This document shows, one piece after another, positions 8,197 through 11,858 of a DNA stretch of 11,858 nt. Each line of letters begins with the position of its first letter. Position 1 is the first letter of the stretch. Source of the DNA: Azolla caroliniana. Its lineage: Eukaryota > Plantae > Polypodiophyta. The notes under the pieces were generated by a model, which ran no database searches, had not been told where the DNA came from, and was given only the letters and a program-made list of their open reading frames with translations. The stretch is from assembly GCA_043228905.1 (NCBI GenBank), contig JBHGNT010001121.1:1-11858 (forward strand), read 5' to 3'. The position numbers were made by a program, and so were the translations under genes.

Positions 8197-9354
8197 ATGG
8201 CTATTGTTAGCGCCCAAGAATATCAATCCGTTTTCTCTGAGTTACAGTGCCTAAAAGAAAAGTTTGTTGCCCTGGAACAAGAAAACCAACGGCTGATAGG
8301 GGATCTGCAACAAATCGCTCTAGAAAAGCAACAAACGCAGCAACAACATGGGGAGTTAGCGTTACGGGTGCAACAACTTGAAGCGGCATTGCAACAATAA
8401 GGATCAAGTCCCCAAGGATTTCATAAAGAGCCGAAGATTGGACTTCCTGTGAAATTTGATGGAACGCGATCGCAATTCAGGGGATTCCTTAATCAGGTAC
8501 GATTAGTCTTCCAAATGCATCCTTCCCGATACCCCACTGATGCATCCCGAGTCGGCTTAATAGGCACGTTGCTTAGCGGCTCAACCTTAGCATGGTTCGC
8601 TCCACTTCTAGAAAAACAATCGCCCTTGCTTAATAACTTTGAAGATTTTATTAGTGAGTTCAAAGCCTGCTTTGGAGACACCGACAGCATCAGGACGGCA
8701 ATCAACAAGATCCGGGGATTGCGTCAAGGCGATCGTCCAGCCTCTGCCTACGCGGCGGATTTCCGCCTACTCGCTTCCGACATACCCTGGGATGATCAAG
8801 CACTAATGGAGTAGTTTCGCTATGGCCTGCAAAATGATGTCAAAGATCTACTTCTAACCTTCCCCGAAGAACCAAAGTCTCTTACGGAGGCAATCAGTCG
8901 ACCAGTCCGATGTGACAACTGCCTTTTCGAATGGCGTTCGGAACGTCAATTACAGATACCACGCGCTAGGCCGGAGCCCACTTACGCTGCAGTCGCGGCT
9001 AGACCGTTTGCACGAGACATACCTCAAGCAAATACTTCGACACCGATGGAGATCGATACCATGCGTCGACGCGGCCCGTTATCGGAAGAAGAAAAGCAAC
9101 GACGACGTGCAAATCGATTATGTCTTTATTGCGGTGGACCAGGGCATATCGCAATCAATTGTCCCCATAGGCCAAGAAGACAGGTAAATCAAATTGTAGC
9201 TTGTACTAAACCCGAGTCAATTCTTCCCTTAGGAGTGTCTGATGGTATTAATAGTACTAATAGAGTGTTTGATAGTATTCATAGTACTAATAGCCCAAGT
9301 ATCTCAAATAAATTTGAAATCCTTAGTCAATTAGATGAAGAGTTAAACGATTGA
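8197..9354 (+). pseudogene. Gypsy gag (N-terminal coiled coil, capsid, CCHC nucleocapsid)
   Basis: One continuous frame joining track ORFs 8197, 8449 and 9046, with stops at 8398 (TAA) and 8812 (TAG). Motifs KFDGTRSQFRGF, LRQGDRPASAYAADF, TPMEID, CLYCGGPGHIAINC. Confidence 0.92.
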
Positions 9355-9396
9355 GTCCAGCCAAAATAGGAGCCGTTTGGTTGGACAGCAGCCCTA
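9342..9396 (+). other. Programmed -1 ribosomal frameshift signal between gag and pol
   Basis: G_TTA_AAC in gag phase, 6-nt spacer, 11-bp stem (9355-9365 / 9376-9386), possible second stem; pol is in the -1 frame and has no upstream ATG. Confidence 0.78.
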
Positions 9397-11858
9397 GATC
9401 TGTACAGCCCATTAGTGGTTCCATTCCTTCCAAGCAAGTTAGCAATGTGTTCCTAGCCCAAGTCATTGTTAGTACTAAAAGTACTCCCCCAGTACCCGTC
9501 CTAGCACTTTTAGATTCCGGAGCTAATTCCTGTTTCATGGATTGAAATTTTGCCCAAGCTTCTCAGATATCCTTAAGAAAACTTCCTTGTCCCGCATCTG
9601 TAGTAGTCATTGATGGTCGTCCCATTGCTTCCGGGAATATTGTAGAAGAATCAGAACCCATTCAAGTTGTCCTAGGTAGTTTTGTGTGTGTAATATCATT
9701 TAATATAATTAGTAGTCCAGAGCATCCCATTGTCCTAGGATTACCTTGGTTTGAATTACATAATCCAGCCATAGATTGGAGAACAAGAGAAGTCCGACAT
9801 TGACCACCCCAAGAATTAACTCACCAAGTTTCGACCATTTCACTCCATCAACTACGCGAAGAAGGACCCAAGGAGGCCATGTTCCTATTTGCAATATCAG
9901 TACATCCTTCCAGCACTATTAAGAAGGACTCCTCAGTACAACTTCCAGCAAAATATCATCCTTATGCCGATGTATTTGACAAGGTAAAAGCCGGTACCCT
10001 TCCTCATCACCGTCCCTATGACTGTCCCATCGATTTACAACCAGGAACCAAGCCACCATGGGGACCAATTTACAACTTGTCACCCACCGAGTTAGAAGTC
10101 CTTCGAGCCTACATAGAGGAGAACTTGGCAAGCGGGTTCATTCGCCATTCGAAATCTCCGGCCGGTGCACCCATCTTCTTTGTGAAGAAGAAAGATGGCT
10201 CACTTCGTCTTGTCGTTGATTACGGCGGATTGAATAAAGTCACCATCCGGAATAGGTATGCACTTCCTCTTATATCAAGTCTTTTAGAGCGAGTTAATGG
10301 TGCCAAGTTTTTTACTAAAATCGACCTACGAGGAGCGTATAACCTCGTGCGGATCCGACCGGGAGATGAGTGGAAGACCGCTTTTCGCACGCGGTATGGT
10401 CCTTTAGAGTATACTGTTATGCCGTTTGGCCTAACCAATGCACCTGCAGTCTTCCAACACATGGCAAATGATATATTCAGAGATCTCTTGGATATCTGTT
10501 TGATCATTTATCTGGATGATCTATTGATTTATTCGAAGACCCAGGAAGAGCACGATTCTCATGTACTATTAGTACTAAAGCAACTCCGCGAGAATGGTCT
10601 TTATGCCAAGCTAGAAAAATGTAGCTTTGACTGCAAGCAAGTGGAATTTCTAGGCTACGTCATCTCCTTAGAGAGCATCGCCATGGATCCAGCTAAAATC
10701 CAAACTGTACTAGAGTGGCAAATTCCACGGTCGGTACGAGATGTACAATGTTTTCTAGGTTTTGCTAACTTCTACCGTAAGTTTATACAGGATTACTCGA
10801 AGATTATTTTACCTCTCACACAACTTACGAAGAAGGGCCAAGCATTTCTTTGGTCCATAGAAGCAAATATGGCTTTTCAGCATCTTAAGAAAGCCTTTAC
10901 ATCAGCACCGATTCTAGCTCATGTGGATACAAGCAAACCATTCATCATGGAGGCCAACGCATCAGATTTCGCCCTCGGTAGCATCCTTTCTCAACAAGGC
11001 GATAAAGAAGAGTTGCATCCGGTGGCTTTCCATTCACGCAAATTCGATGTCGCAGAAATCAACTACGAAATACATGACAAGGAGTTATTAGCCATCGTGG
11101 ATTCATTTGTACAATGGCGGCATTTCTTAGAGGGCTCTCCACATCAGGTCATTGTCTTTAGCGATCATAAAAATCTTGCTTATTTTCAGAACGCTCGCGT
11201 ACTAAATCGACGGCAAGCTCGGTGGGCGCAATTCCTCACGCGTTTCGACTTCAAAATCACATATCGATCAGGGAAGCAGCAAGGAAAAGCAGATGCACTA
11301 TCACGGCGTTCATATCTTGCACCTCGTCCTGGTGACACAACATTTGATAATCAAAAGCAAGTAATCTTGGGACCAACACGATTGCACACAACGCAGATTT
11401 TTCACACCTCGATGGATTCACGGATTACCGATGACATACGTGCAACCTTGAAGACGGATAGTTTTGCTCAAGACATCCTGGCGCACATTGATACTTCTCG
11501 GGCATCCTGTTCTCGGTCTCAACAACCAGGTATTGACTACCGACAATTCGAATATCATGATGGTTTGTTATTCTTCAAAAAGCGCGTATATGTCCCCGAT
11601 TGCTCTTGTCGCCTTCAAATCGTCCAACATTGTCACGACACCCATACGGCGGGACATTTCGGTAGTACTAAGACGTTGGAGCTAGTGCAACGATCTTTTT
11701 GGTGGCCCCACATGCGCCGTTTTGTCGACGACTAAGTTCGGACCTGTGATGCTTGCTGCCGAGCAAAGATGCCACGACACCATCCATATGGCTTGTTGGA
11801 ACCCTTACCGATTCCAAGTAAGCCGTGGCAGTCTATTTGTCTTGATTTTATCACAGAT
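9345..11858 (+). pseudogene. Gypsy pol (protease, RT, RNase H, start of integrase)
   Basis: Single frame: ALLDSGA, KIDLRGAY, MPFGLTNAPAVFQ, IYLDDLLI, EANASDFALG (catalytic D appears mutated to N), SDHKNL, ADALSR, HDTHTAGH...CDAC, GLLEPLPIP...LDFITD. Stops at 9543, 9801, 11733. Confidence 0.96.

Larger units (their letters stand above)
7700..11858 (+). mobile_element. Ty3/gypsy LTR retrotransposon, Tf1/sushi group (Tcn1-like chromovirus); 3' part outside the window
   Basis: LTR, separate gag and pol frames, domain order PR-RT-RH-IN, and motifs typical of Tf2/sushi/PEG10-like elements (TPMEID, LCLYCGGPGH, LGLPWFELHNPAIDW, HRPYDCPIDL). The chromodomain region is not in the window. Confidence 0.93.

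Noticed and set aside
8197-9354. Domesticated PEG10/RTL-like host gene
   Set aside because: Two in-frame stops and an intact LTR/PBS/pol context indicate a decayed transposon copy.

Overview
Plant-type heterochromatic DNA made entirely of nested, decayed retrotransposons; no host gene is visible. The oldest layer is an L1-clade LINE on the minus strand (ORF1 ~7699-6310; ORF2 from 6313, running off the left edge). A complete 4.95-kb Ty1/copia element (795-5740; LTRs ~94% identical, tRNA-iMet PBS, PPT, target duplication GTAT/GTATT) sits inside the LINE endonuclease domain, and removing it restores the LINE reading frame. A Ty3/gypsy element of the Tf1/sushi (Tcn1-like chromovirus) type starts at 7700 inside LINE ORF1 and runs off the right edge. 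Its 424-bp LTR is the most interesting part. In order it carries an outward-facing tRNA-derived Pol III A/B-box unit that refolds into a long hairpin, a phased heat-shock-element array, a TATA box, and a 12-nt sequence at the predicted transcript start that is exactly complementary to the PBS position (tRNA-independent self-priming). A -1 frameshift signal (G_UUA_AAC plus stem-loop/pseudoknot) links gag and pol. Each LTR element is enriched for its own palindrome: CCGG in the copia, TAGTACTA in the gypsy. A non-seed-plant host (e.g. a fern) is plausible but is inference only.
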